Of a stretch of DNA of 64,000 bases, positions 1 through 12,775 are shown piece after piece. Below the pieces are notes generated by a model, which did no database searches, was not told where the DNA came from, and saw only the letters and a list, made by a program, of their open reading frames with translations. Each line of letters starts with the position of its first letter. Positions within the stretch are counted from its first letter, which is position 1. Location of the stretch: contig OZ024745.1 of the NCBI GenBank assembly GCA_964016885.1, forward strand, positions 30,814,001 through 30,878,000. Direction: 5' to 3'. Made by a program: the position numbers and the translations under genes. The stretch comes from Eledone cirrhosa. Lineage: Eukaryota.

Positions 1-305
1 ACCGTCGAACAGAAGTTGTGAGTTCGATTCTCGGACCGAGTGATGCGTTGTTTTCTTGAGCAAGACACTTTATTTCACGTTTCTCCAGTTCATTCAGCTG
101 TAGAAATGAATTACGACGTTACTGGTGTCTAGCAGTATCAGCCATCGGCCTTCTCTTGGACAACATTGGTGGTGTGGAGAGGGGCGACCGGTATACATCA
201 GCGACTGCTGGTTTTCTACAAACAAACTTACCTGAACTTGTGCCTCGGTGCAAATCTAGTTGCATATCCCATGATCATTCATGACCGAAGGGGGGCTTTA
301 ACCTT
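1..305 (+). mobile_element. tRNA-derived CORE-type SINE, 5' end cut by window edge
   Basis: B-box-like GAGTTCGATTC followed by TTCTTGAGCAAGACACTTTATTTCAC...CAGCTGTAGAAATG. Homologous copies at ~14718-14962 and ~31470-31620. Confidence 0.7.
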
Positions 306-371
306 ACACACACATATAGTTAAAAGTTAGTGCCCGACGACTGAGCTCATGTATATATATATATATATACT

Positions 372-1086
372 CCCAGTTCCCATTAAAATGCCCAGTGCCC
401 CTCAGACCAAAAATGAAATCAAAATATAGGACAGATAATCAAAAGCGAAAACAAATTCATTTACGACAGAATATTTTTGATGCATTGGTCAGGCGAAAAA
501 ATGTTTGTCAGAGAAGTTGAGTATTGCTATAAGGAAAATAATAGAAACCCCATTAGGGGGTTTCATTGCTGAAAAGTTGTAAATAGGTATCATATCTTGT
601 CATTTACCTATGGTTTAAATTTCATATAAATCGAAAGGAAAAAATTTCACCGGGGTTTTGTGCCCCGGGGAACCCTTTGATTAAAATGAAATATACTTAT
701 CCAAGTACCCTGGGCAATGTAGTTTCAGAATATATATGGTTATGGGGGTCTATCTCCCAAACCATAGAAGGAGATCGTGAAATCTTGTTCCATTTATTGG
801 CCAAAATTTTCACTATAGGGGTTTTAACCCCCATTAGGGTGTCTTATTATAATTGAAATTTTGTGAATAGGCATCATATCTTGTCAATTTCATATAAATC
901 GAAGGGAAAAAAAATCAAGCGGCGGTTTGAACCCCGGGAAACCCTTTGATTAAAATGAAATAAACGTAAGAAATCAAATGGGCATGAGCCCCACACACGT
1001 GTCAAGTTTCATCAAGATCTGTTTGGTAGTTTTTTAGTTTTAGGTTCACAAACAAACAGACAGAAATTGCTATTTATGTATATAGA
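372..1086 (-). mobile_element. Non-autonomous Helitron-like element
   Basis: Minus strand starts TCTATATACATAAA, a Helitron-type 5' TC end similar to that at 20443. Internal ~270-bp direct duplication. 3' end not clearly seen. Confidence 0.45.
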
Positions 1087-1087
1087 T

Positions 1088-1135
<48 letters not shown>

Positions 1136-1151
1136 TAAAATAACAGATTAA

Positions 1152-1202
1152 AATTTAAGCAAAGAATCACTGCTTTCACCCTTAACGGGATCTTCTGAAA
1201 CA
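1152..1202 (-). ncRNA. Degenerate copy of CAGAAGA-variant hammerhead (PLE pLTR-like family)
   Basis: Same sequence as 15425-15475 with a few substitutions. Confidence 0.5.
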
Positions 1203-1304
1203 TTTGCTCTAGGGTTCTTATATATTTGATATATACTTATCCTTATCGAGCCCTCTTTGGATTTTAGTCTTCAAATTTATTATTACTATATATACACATA
1301 TATA

Positions 1305-2412
1305 CAGTCGAGTCCGCTTCAGAGTATATCGGATAAGAGTATAGACCGCTTAAGAGTATAGCATAATCAATTCCCGAATGTATGTACTATGTTTTGTACA
1401 GTGCATGGGTCCACTTAAGAGTATAGTTCGCATAAGAGTATAGCATAATCAATTCCCGAATGTATGTACTATGTTTTGTACAGTGCATGGGTCCGCTTAA
1501 GAGTATAGTTCGCATAAGAGTATAGCATAATCAATTCCCGTTTATATATTTTCTATATAATTTAGTCCGAATAAGAGTATAATGAATACGGTAAAGTAAA
1601 TTGGGCTTATAATGTAACATAACCATTTTAAAACAATTCAAAATGATAATAGAAGAGGAGGAAGAAGAAGATTATATTGAAACCGAATTAACTAGAAAGG
1701 TTAGTATGTATTCAAAAGTAGAAACAATTATTTTTATATTTATAATATGAATGTGCATAGGTAACTAACATAACTTTAATCATTTATCAATATTTTGTTG
1801 GCAGTATCGGTAGAGAGTCGGATGCCATGCTTTGCAGCAAAGAGTTACGGCCCTTTATGATCTGAGTTCAAATCCCGCGAAGGTTAACTTTGCCTTTCAT
1901 CCTCACGGGGTCGATAAAATAAAGTACCAGTCACGCACTGTGGTCGATTTAATCGACTTTCCCCTCCTGTGCCTACATAAGAAACCAATATTTTAGATCT
2001 CTGGAAAAGAAGGAATAAATACTTTGTTGACTGTACGGTCCTATATGATGCAATGTAGAAAATTATACTCTGTCTGAGATCGAGGAATTGATTGAAAAAA
2101 AAATTGCGAGCAATCGAGTGCAAAAAAGCATTTTGGACTATTTTTAGGAAATAATAATTGCATACTAATATGTTAAAATATTGCTTAATTTATCTATAAT
2201 TTGCAATAATTTTTGTTAAATTTTTTGGTGTAACTTTCAATTTTTCTACTTATAAATGCATTTTAAACGATAATAAAGCGATTTTTAATCATTGAAAGAC
2301 TCAAAATATTAATACTATGGAATATTTTTACTTAGTCCAGATAAGAGTATAGTCCGGTTAAGAGTATACTATTTTCCATTCCCGAGGGTATACTCTTAAG
2401 CGGATTCGACTG
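1305..2412. mobile_element. Tc1/mariner/pogo-type MITE with nested SINE
   Basis: TIRs CAGTCGAGTCCGCTTCAGAGTATA / TATACTCTTAAGCGGATTCGACTG flanked by TA. Subterminal TAAGAGTATA repeats and an internal tandem duplication at ~1350-1540. Confidence 0.8.
1798..1990 (+). mobile_element. tRNA-derived SINE (Meta-like core), family 1
   Basis: TGGCAGTATCGGTAGA (A-box-like), GAGTTCAAATCC (B-box), GCCTTTCATCCT..GGGGTCGATAAAATAAAGTACC core. More than 15 copies in the window. Confidence 0.8.
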
Positions 2413-2665
2413 TATATATATATACACATATACATATACATATATATATATATATATATATTCATATATACATATATATACATATATATACATATATATA
2501 TATACATATATATACATATATATATATACATATATACATATATATACATATATATATATACATATATATACATATATATATATACATATATACATATATA
2601 TACATATATATATATACATATATATACATATATATATATACATATATATATACATATATATATAT

Positions 2666-2718
<53 letters not shown>

Positions 2719-2883
2719 TATATGTATATATATATACATGTATATATATACATGTATATATATACATGTATATATATACATGTATATATATTCATATATA
2801 TACATATATATATATACATATATATATATACATATATATATACATATATATATACATATATATATATACATATATATATATAC

Positions 2884-2917
<34 letters not shown>

Positions 2918-2948
2918 TTCGTTTCTGAATTTGACCCTCCCAAAGTAT

Positions 2949-3023
<75 letters not shown>
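2413..3023. repeat. Compound (TA)n/(TACA) microsatellite
   Basis: Directly visible. Source of the spurious IY-repeat ORFs. Confidence 0.95.
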
Positions 3024-3753
<730 letters not shown>

Positions 3754-3841
3754 TAAGATCTCGTTAAGGGTGAAAGCAGCGATTCTTTGCTTACACTTTA
3801 ATCTATTAATTTAATAAATATGTAAATATATATATATATAT

Positions 3842-3936
<95 letters not shown>

Positions 3937-4001
3937 GAAAAATTGAACAGGGACAGAACAGAGAGGCAGTACAATAAATGTTTATTAAATTCGCGCTCAG
4001 G

Positions 4002-4051
<50 letters not shown>

Positions 4052-4794
4052 TAAATTTATAGAAGAACACCCCTCTCAATTTTAGTGGGAAATGATATTT
4101 TTCCTCGTTTTTTCTCCTGTGCTATCAACTAATATGACCTTCCACAAAGGTCTTTTCCCTCGGAAAATGGAGCGGGGACACCAAACCGTAATCCGGGATC
4201 ACTTTAACCCTAACCCTCACCCACTTCCACTTTATGCGGAAAGACAACCTTTGCGGAAGGTTTGGAGGTCAGATTTGTTGGTAGCACACGAAAAACAAAA
4301 CAAAAAAATAATAAAAAAAATAAAAATCTGAGAAGAAATTATTTGCCACGAAACGTGAGGGGTGTGTAGATTAGCGAAACACCGATGGCCTTTCCGACTC
4401 TCCTCCCTCTCTACAAAACTAATCGTTTCCGACAGGTTTGGAGGTTATATTCGTTGATACTATGGCCGGGGGGGGGGGGGGAGAAAACTCCGTGTATGTG
4501 AGGAAGGGCATGGCTTTTAATAAGCTCAATCTAATGTTCCATGCACACCCTAGATTTCTTCAACACGCCAAATGACGTAATATAAATTCTATTTATTCTC
4601 TGTGCAAGCTCATAACTGTAATTCCATTGAACATTATCACGTGGAGCCGTTATGTCTTTCTGTATTTAAATGATATTTGCTTCTAATATTTCGAAATATT
4701 TTATCTGCGTTCACAGATTGTAGAATGTCTGAGTTTCCGGTGATCTCGAAAATAGGGTGAAAGAATTTGTTTACTTAAACTTTTAATCTTCCTT

Positions 4795-5160
4795 TAATGG
4801 TTTCTGATTTAGACACATGCCCAGCAATTTTGCGGGGAGGTGAATGTAGATTAAATCAACTTCAGTGCATTACTGGTATTTTATTTTATCGACCCTCATA
4901 AGGATGAAAGGCGAAACTAACCTCGACAGGATTTGAACTCATAGCGTAAAGGGCCGTAACTCTATGCCGCAAAGCATATTGTGAGACTCTCTACCGACAC
5001 TGCCTTTCCACCACGCTTTAAGAATGGTTTCTGATTTGGGTACAAGACCAACACTTTTAGGAGAGGGGAAAGTCGATTAAATCAACCCAGTGCATTACTG
5101 GTACTTTATTTTATCGACCCTCTAAGGATGAAAGGCAAAACCAATCTCGGCGGGATTAAT
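4795..5160 (-). mobile_element. Two tandem SINE family 1 copies
   Basis: Reverse-complement core GGTACTTTATTTTATCGACCC..GGATGAAAGGC occurs twice. Confidence 0.75.
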
Positions 5161-5215
5161 ATTAAGGATAATAATGATTTCTTTATTCAACACAAAGGAC
5201 ACATGACGAAAACAT

Positions 5216-5313
<98 letters not shown>

Positions 5314-5429
5314 TGTGTGCGTGTGTGTGTGCGCGCGCTTATGTCGACGTGGGTTTTGCGTGTAAACAAGTTTAACAATAGTAAAAAAATAAAAGATAAT
5401 AAAAAAATCTAACAATAGGAATTCTTCAA

Positions 5430-5910
5430 TAGGGCTGCTCATAGAAAAAAATCCTTTAAAACCACGGGTGTCAGATCTCTAGAGCAAGTGCCTTGTCCCA
5501 GTTGTCCTCTTCTAATCTACAGGCGCACACTTAGAGCAGGTCCATTCACTCGGGCCATGTTTGCCTCTCTCCCACCACCTTTCAACAAACTGACTGGAAG
5601 ACAACACTTCCCTCTCTACCAGAATTTTCCTATTCAAGTGAAACCTGAAAAAGTTATAGTCAGCCTGAAAATTGAGTCAGGGTGACAGTACTGCTCAGCA
5701 AAGCCCTTGACTTCAAGGTACGGATGATCTTCCTTGACCCGGCCGGTAAGTTGGTGGTTCTGGATGTGAATGATGGCAAAGGTGGTGTTTTCAGGCTAGT
5801 GGCTGTCTTCGCCCCAACTTAGATAAGACGGCTGGATTTCTTCAGGCGTTTGGAAGTCTTTCTTGGAATATGTCACTCTTCTCTGTTAGCGGGGGACTGA
5901 AACAGTATCT
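5430..5910 (-). mobile_element. Degenerate LINE fragment (possibly Tx1/L1-like)
   Basis: Shares sequence with 16400-16580. No intact ORF. Confidence 0.35.
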
Positions 5911-6499
5911 TGGATGAACAGATGTAAAATTTAGAAAAGCAACATACAACAAACAGACATTATTTCCGCCTTGAGGCCATGAACTATATTTTATCACGAA
6001 CAGACCGGAGGGAATTACCTCTATGTTCTTGTGGAGACTTCCTAGAAACTCTATGCTACTATTTGCTCCAGTATAAACACTCAGTTTGAGAAAGAGAACA
6101 TCGTGAAACTGGTCCTTAAAAAAAATATCAAGATTGAAGATACAATGTATTGTGAAAGATCTACCAACTATAAATAAGAACTTTGAGTACATAAAAGCTA
6201 TGGAAAGATTCAACAACAGAAACTTTTAGTTTCTTTATAGCTTCCCTTCTTTTTCCTTTTTATAAATATCATTTATGCTACTTTTGCCTCCCGTTGCCTC
6301 TTATCTCTCTGTCTATCTTCCATTTGTTTCTTAACTAGGAGGGGTACCTGATATCCTGCCTAATCTGTTATGTCTTACTAGCTCTATACAGATGTTGAAT
6401 AAATGAATAAATAGATTAATTTTGACAGGAATGAAAATCAGTTCTGCGAAGACTACACACTCGTCCTCTCAACGATACCTGTGCAGTGCACTCTACATG

Positions 6500-6740
6500 T
6501 GATTGGCGTTCCACTGAAGAATGTGGGGAAGTTCAAGTATCTCTGAGTTGTTTTCACGAGTGATGGAAATTAGGACGCTGAATTAAATGCAAGAATAGCA
6601 GGAGCTGGTGCAGCAATGCGCTAACTGCAACATTCAGTCATCAGAGTCAGGGAAGCAGTTGTAAAGGCCAAACTCGCTATCTTCAATTAAATATTTCTGC
6701 TAACTCTTATATATGTTCATGAATCGCTCGTATACGGCCA
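6500..6740 (+). pseudogene. RTE-type LINE RT thumb-region fragment
   Basis: Translates to LKNVGKFKYL*VVFTSDG..DAELNARIAGAGAAMR*L..KAKLAIF, a typical RTE motif, with stops. Confidence 0.75.
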
Positions 6741-6783
6741 TTTATCGCTCGTATACAGGAAACTGACTGGTCAGTCTGCTGAT

Positions 6784-6857
6784 ATGCAAATCTGGCTAAT
6801 CGGTGGTTCTGCTAATATGCAGATCTGACTGATCAGCCAATCTGCTAATATGCAAAT
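6784..6857 (+). promoter_or_regulatory. Three tandem octamer-like motifs upstream of a hammerhead
   Basis: CTGCT(G/A)ATATGCA(A/G)AT repeated three times. Two contain a perfect ATGCAAAT (6784-6791, 6850-6857). Confidence 0.45.
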
Positions 6858-6934
6858 TAGGCCGATCAGTCACTGTTTATTTTTGAAAATAGCATATATT
6901 TTCACTAGCTCTGACAGTTTGGCAGGTGAAGAGT

Positions 6935-6984
6935 GAGCTGTACTGATGAAGGGTGATACCCAGAAACATTAATGTCTGCAGTTC
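6935..6984 (+). ncRNA. Type I hammerhead ribozyme (solo relative of the 474-bp unit)
   Basis: GAGCTGTA-CTGATGA-A-GGGT gat ACCC-A-GAAA-CATTAATG-TC^TGCAGTTC. Helix I 8 bp, palindromic helix III ACATTAATGT, extension TTGGCAGGTGAA/TTCACATGCCAA. Confidence 0.85.
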
Positions 6985-7102
6985 TGTTCACATGCCAACA
7001 CAAGAGCAAGAATGAAGGGTTCATTCTACTGACATGGCTATAAAATTGAGGCTTGTTTGCATAGTTGCAAACGAATCGAATGTTATTATTAATATTCGAA
7101 AA

Positions 7103-7289
7103 TAGGGCGGTGAATTGCCAGTATCGGTAGAGGGTCGGGTGCCATGCTTTGCAGCACAGTTACGTCCCTTTACGGACTGGGTTAAAATCCCACCGAGGTT
7201 AACTTTGCCTTTCATCCTTACGGGGTCGATAAAATAAAGTACCAGTAATGTACTGGTTAATTGCTGGCCTTGTGCCAAAAGTAGAAACA
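7103..7289 (+). mobile_element. SINE family 1 with 18-bp target-site duplication
   Basis: ATTATTAATATTCGAAAA at 7085-7102 and 7290-7307. Confidence 0.85.
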
Positions 7290-8336
7290 ATTATTAATAT
7301 TCGAAAAACTAAAATTAAATTTATTGTATTCAGCCATGTAGAGCGAAAATTTTCTTATTTCTTCGAATTATTTTGTATCAAGCTTTCGCAGATTAGCTTT
7401 AAAGACAATAAGAATTCCTCCCAACAATTGCCAAAAATTTCAATTACTGATCTTATTAGAGTTATCTCCCTTTTGTTTTTGTTGAAATGTCTTTATTTTT
7501 TATGATTTATATTTACTGAAAAATTAAATTATTAGTTTTAGAGTTATCTCTCTTGCACTTTTTTCTTTTCTTTCTTTTTATCATGCTTATCTGACAAACA
7601 TTTTAAATACTGATCATATTAGAGTTGTTTCCCTTGTTCTTTTGGTTTTTGCTTCTTTCAATTTCTGTAATTATATTTGCTAATTTCAATTATTCATTTT
7701 ATTAGACTTAATTCCCTTGCATTTTCATTTTTTTTTTCTTTTTTCATTATCCCACCAGATATTAAACACTCTTAGATGCACCTTTTGTTTAATAACGGCC
7801 TGGATAATTTCAGTTAATCAAAATGTTCACCTCATTACATTTACATAAGTGAGTGCCTACCATATACATGCACATTATAATACTGACACGAGGTCATATC
7901 TCTGCTAGTCAAAAGAAAGTTATTTTCTTTTCTCATAGACAGAAGGCCACGTCTCTCTCGAGGGAGTCTTCACTTAACAGAATCGACCGCATGTATTTGA
8001 AACCACGTAGTAAAATTACAACTGTTTTATAATTTGCACTTTCATCAAATTTGTTTTATTCATACATACTTATGAGTTTCTTGCAGTTTGTTTGGAATGG
8101 TAAAATTTCCAAATCCATCAGTAATGTTTCTAGATCTTCACGATCACATCATCTAGATGAAGTGAATTTCGTGGTCACTGCTGATATCTTATGCCATAAA
8201 CACGTAAACAAACCACAATAGACGAATGTGATTCAAAGAATAATCCCAAACGTGTATGTACATATTCACTGATACTAACATACATACATACATACATACA
8301 TACATACATACATACATACATACATACATACATACA

Positions 8337-8939
8337 TGGTGGCTGCCAACTCGTTTTCAAGTACGGCCACTACTTTATATCCATGTAGGAGAACCCCTAC
8401 CAATGCGCTGAACGAGTGTCACTTTTTAGTCCAGCCAGCAACTTGAAAACTCTGGTACAAACACTACACTTGTGACAATTATTGACACATGGGCCCATGG
8501 TATCATGTGACGACAAGTGCAGAGAGATCTCCAGATATAAAGCAATGCCTGTGCCGTGAAGCTTTTATAGTGAGCAAAGGCACTGTACAAAGCCAGTCCC
8601 ACTCTCTTAACAAAGATGATATTTACCAAAAAGAAGAACAAGTCAACATCATTGGATACCATCAGGGTTGCAGGTGTTATATCAGAGTTTTCCTTCTCGT
8701 AGAATTCTGCCTTGACAAAGGCTGAGGGGTCATCTCTCCCGGTGATTTTGGACAGTCATTGACTCTTAAGAGCTCCTTTGCCTTTTGACAGGTTTTTCTT
8801 TTAGTCCTGCAGGATGTCCAAAGTCACCCTCCTCACCAAGAAACCTTGATGGGGTTGCCAGTTTAGTCGCCAACGACCCGACCATGAGACAGGTTGTACT
8901 GGGATACATGTTACCAGTAGCACCAACTGGTGACCTGAC
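8337..8939 (-). mobile_element. Retroposon family A copy
   Basis: Near-identical to 3024-3632. (CATA)n tract at 8280-8337. Confidence 0.75.
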
Positions 8940-8962
8940 ATATATATATATATATATATATA

Positions 8963-9062
<100 letters not shown>

Positions 9063-9101
9063 CATACATATATACATATATATACATATATATATATATA
9101 T

Positions 9102-10020
9102 GATGGCTGCCCCCTTGTTATCGAGTATGGCCATTGCACGAGGAGAAAAAAAAAACATACATACATACATACATACATACATGCATGCATGCATGATGGC
9201 TTCCCCCTCGTTATCGAGTATAGCCGTTGCAAGATATAGCATTATTAATAATTATTAATTAATTGTATCTACTTTAGGCACAAGGCCAGCAATTACCCAG
9301 TGCATTACTGGTACTTTATTTTATCGACCCCGTAAGGATGAAAGGCAAAGTCAACCTCGGCGGGATTTGAACTCAGATCGTAAAGTGACGTAACTATGCT
9401 GGAAAGCATGGCGTCCGACCCTCTACCGATACTGCCAATCCACCGCCCTTATAATAATAATTATTAATTAATGCTATCATGTAATGCCTGTGCGTGAAGA
9501 TATTTTTTAAAGTGAGGAAAGACTGTACACTGAGCTAATCCCACTCTCCGAGCGACAGTAGCTATAACCCGCAAAGAAGAAAAGATCAACATCACCGGTA
9601 ACTACTGAGCCGCAGGTTTTATGTCGGAATTATCCCAGTTTCCTGAGTTGCCTTCCCCTAGAAGAATGCCCTGAGAAAGGCTAGGGGTCCTTCACTCCCA
9701 GAGGTTTAACCGCGCGATCGGGTATCCAGCCCAACTACTTCTATGTCCCCGCGCTTATACATACACATGCACACATGCATATACATATATACATACATAT
9801 GTACATGTGTATATACATATTTACACACTTTTCGATGGCCGTTGACTCTTGAGTTCTTCTGCCCTTTGTCAGGTTTTGTTTTTTGTCCTGCAGGGTGTCC
9901 AAAATCACCCTCCTCACCAAGTAAACTTGGTGGGGTTGCCGATTTAGTCGCCGACGACCCGACCATGCGACAGGTTGTACTGGGCTACATGTTACCAGTA
10001 GCACTCAAGAGTGACCCGAC
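9102..10020 (-). mobile_element. Retroposon family B (related to A) with nested SINE at ~9262-9450
   Basis: 5' part homologous to family A. Body matches 26137-26560. 3' end CGATAACGAGGGGGCAGCCATC plus ATGT tail, duplicated. Confidence 0.7.
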
Positions 10021-10064
10021 ATAACATACATACATACATACTAGACTCTCTCTTTCACTCAGGT

Positions 10065-10301
<237 letters not shown>

Positions 10302-10707
10302 TGTGTATCTATTTCTCTCTGGGTGAAATTTAACAAGGATGTAAAGAAGCAGTAAAGGTGATCGGAAGGAAAGTAATTAGTAATTAATATGAGAAAATAG
10401 CCGCCATTTGTCACCATGTGGAGCTGTATGTTGTTTGCTGTCAATGAAATGAACTGTATTGAAATATGCACGAAAAGAAAGCAAAACAAAAACAAACAAC
10501 TGTGGGAAACTATGAGATAAAGCAGCGTGACTATAGAGCGCTGCACATATTTTTACCCTCTCCTGGGGGTTATATGCCTAACTACTCGTTAGACGATTTT
10601 TCATAGTAAAAAAAACATGCAAAGTAGCTGCTAGCTTTACGTTAGCATGAAAACTAAAAATCCGTAACTCGCTCAGCAGTTCCAAAATTCAATTGTAGGT
10701 ATGTATG

Positions 10708-10739
<32 letters not shown>

Positions 10740-10961
10740 GTTCCCCAGTAGTTCCCCATATAGTTCCCCATATAGTTCCCCAGTAGTTCCCCATATAGTT
10801 CCCCATATAGTTCCTCAATTGTAGGTATGTATGCACACACACACACATATATACAGTTCCCCAGTGAATTAACAACCCAGCAAGGAACTGGGCATATCAG
10901 AGTATTGACAATATCATACACCTAAACAACATATGTACTTGTCTATACCATACTAATTCAA

Positions 10962-11016
10962 ACTGCCTGAAGAGGTCACAGCCAAAGATGGCTGTCACTG
11001 AAATATATATAGCAGT
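10962..11016 (+). ncRNA. Type I hammerhead ribozyme followed by AATAAA (PLE pLTR-like)
   Basis: ACTGC-CTGAAGA-[ggtc ACAGCCA aaga TGGCTGT cact]-GAAA-TATATA-TA^GCAGT-AATAAA. Confidence 0.85.
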
Positions 11017-11060
11017 AATAAACGAAGCTAAATTTTAATCATTTGACTTTTATTTAACTT

Positions 11061-11093
<33 letters not shown>

Positions 11094-11119
11094 AGTTTAT
11101 CCCGGGTTCAATCGGGGGG

Positions 11120-11328
11120 TAACCACAGTAAGAAAGGTACTCAATACATAGCAGAGTATAAATATTTAATATAGAAATAGCTTCTACAGGACTAGAACTG
11201 TTTCATTCGGGAGAATGAAGCCTCCTGATGATTTCTCCCGAATGAAACAGTTCTAGTCCTGTAGAAACCATTTCTATATTAAATATTTATACTCTGCTAT
11301 GTATTGAGTACCTTTCTTACTGTGGTTA
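11120..11328. repeat. ~95-bp-arm inverted repeat of a pLTR-like fragment
   Basis: 11120-11215 is the reverse complement of 11233-11328 apart from 2-3 mismatches. Confidence 0.9.
11220..11268 (+). ncRNA. Type I hammerhead ribozyme, helix I partly mutated
   Basis: GCCTC-CTGATGA-T-TTC tccc GAA-T-GAAA-CAG ttctagtc CTG-TA^GAAAC (GAAGC in other copies at ~14485-14526, 49235-49278 and 52869-52900). Confidence 0.7.
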
Positions 11329-12397
11329 CAATAGAGTGCTCGTGATTGTTGTTCAAAAATCACGAGCACTCTATCTCAAAATTATTTTTGAAAAGCATTA
11401 GAAATGCGCAACCGGTAAAAACTTAAAACTAAAACTGAATACTAACTAATATTATTACTAATTTATACTTATTCCTAATTAAACTATTTTTCACTGGGAA
11501 AAATTTGTCAGCATTTTCTTTTCCTTTTTACTTATATATATAAACAAGAAGTGTGAGTTAACAGATTAAGATTAACTCATTTATTCATATTCTCTGTTAT
11601 ATATATTGCTTCTCTGAGTTATTTCATTCATAGAGATGTTTAAGCATTAGAGACTAATTAACCTTTAATTAATATTAAATTCCTTAATTTATCGAGTTGT
11701 ATCAGACGGTCTTTTGGTTGCTTTGTCTAGAAGAATTATAAGCCTGCTGCAATGTCCTAATATGTTAAGACATCTTTTTATTACGTAATAGTTCAAATAT
11801 ACAACGTGCGTTTTTGTTCAGCATACTGCCTCGGTAAATGAAACAGTATATATAATTTCTTGGTCAATATTCTTTTAGCTTTTGAAGAATTTAAACTCCC
11901 CTGAAGAGTATTGCAGATTCTTCAATTATAGGTACAAAATCAAAGTTAGAAGAAAAAATGTAGATAAACATACCAAATAGATAATTTATTTTTTTTTGTC
12001 TATCTGGTTTGTACTCCCATAAATATAGTTCTGTGAACGCAGAAGTGAATATTTCAAAAAACGTTGCAACCGGAGGGAGACAGGAAGACGATACTTTGGC
12101 TCGTGGAAACGTTCCCTGGCAAAGAACGGGAAAAAACGAATATAATACCTCATTATTTGGAGCGGTGAAAAACAATTACACGCAGACAAAACCACGTTTA
12201 TGGTATAAAAGAAGTCGTAGACTAATATATATATATATATAATTCAATAGCCGAGCTTTACGATTTAGTCGTTTTACAAATCAATTTTCCCCATTGAAAT
12301 TAATTAAAATATAAAAATCCGATCCAGCCCCCCCCCCCCCCTCATATTTTATGGGTTTTCTTCTACTAATTATTATAAAAACGCACAAATAAAAAAA

Positions 12398-12636
12398 AAC
12401 AAACACTGAGAAAACACTGAGAAACTCGTTCGTATTGCGGATTTACACTCGTACTGTAAGACAAAAATTCGCAATACAGCAAATTTCTCGTATAATGAGG
12501 CATTCGTACTGCGAGGGTCTACTGTATATATATATATATTATACGAACAATTTGCTGTATTGCGAATTTTTGTCTTACAGTACGAGTGTAAATCCGCAAT
12601 ACGAACGAGTTTCTCAGTGTTTTCTCAGTGTTTGTT
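12398..12636. repeat. Inverted repeat (~88-bp arms) around a short TA tract
   Basis: AACAAACACTGAGAAAACACTGAG...CGCAATACAGCAAATT is mirrored at 12549-12636. Confidence 0.9.
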
Positions 12637-12649
12637 TGTTTTTTTAAAT

Positions 12650-12708
<59 letters not shown>

Positions 12709-12724
12709 TAAAATAACAGATTAA

Positions 12725-12775
12725 AGTTTAAGCAAAGAATCGCTGCTTTCACCCTTAACGGGATCTTCTGAAACT
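12725..12775 (-). ncRNA. CAGAAGA-variant hammerhead
   Basis: Reverse complement of 15425-15475. AATAAA lies downstream on the minus strand. Confidence 0.65.
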
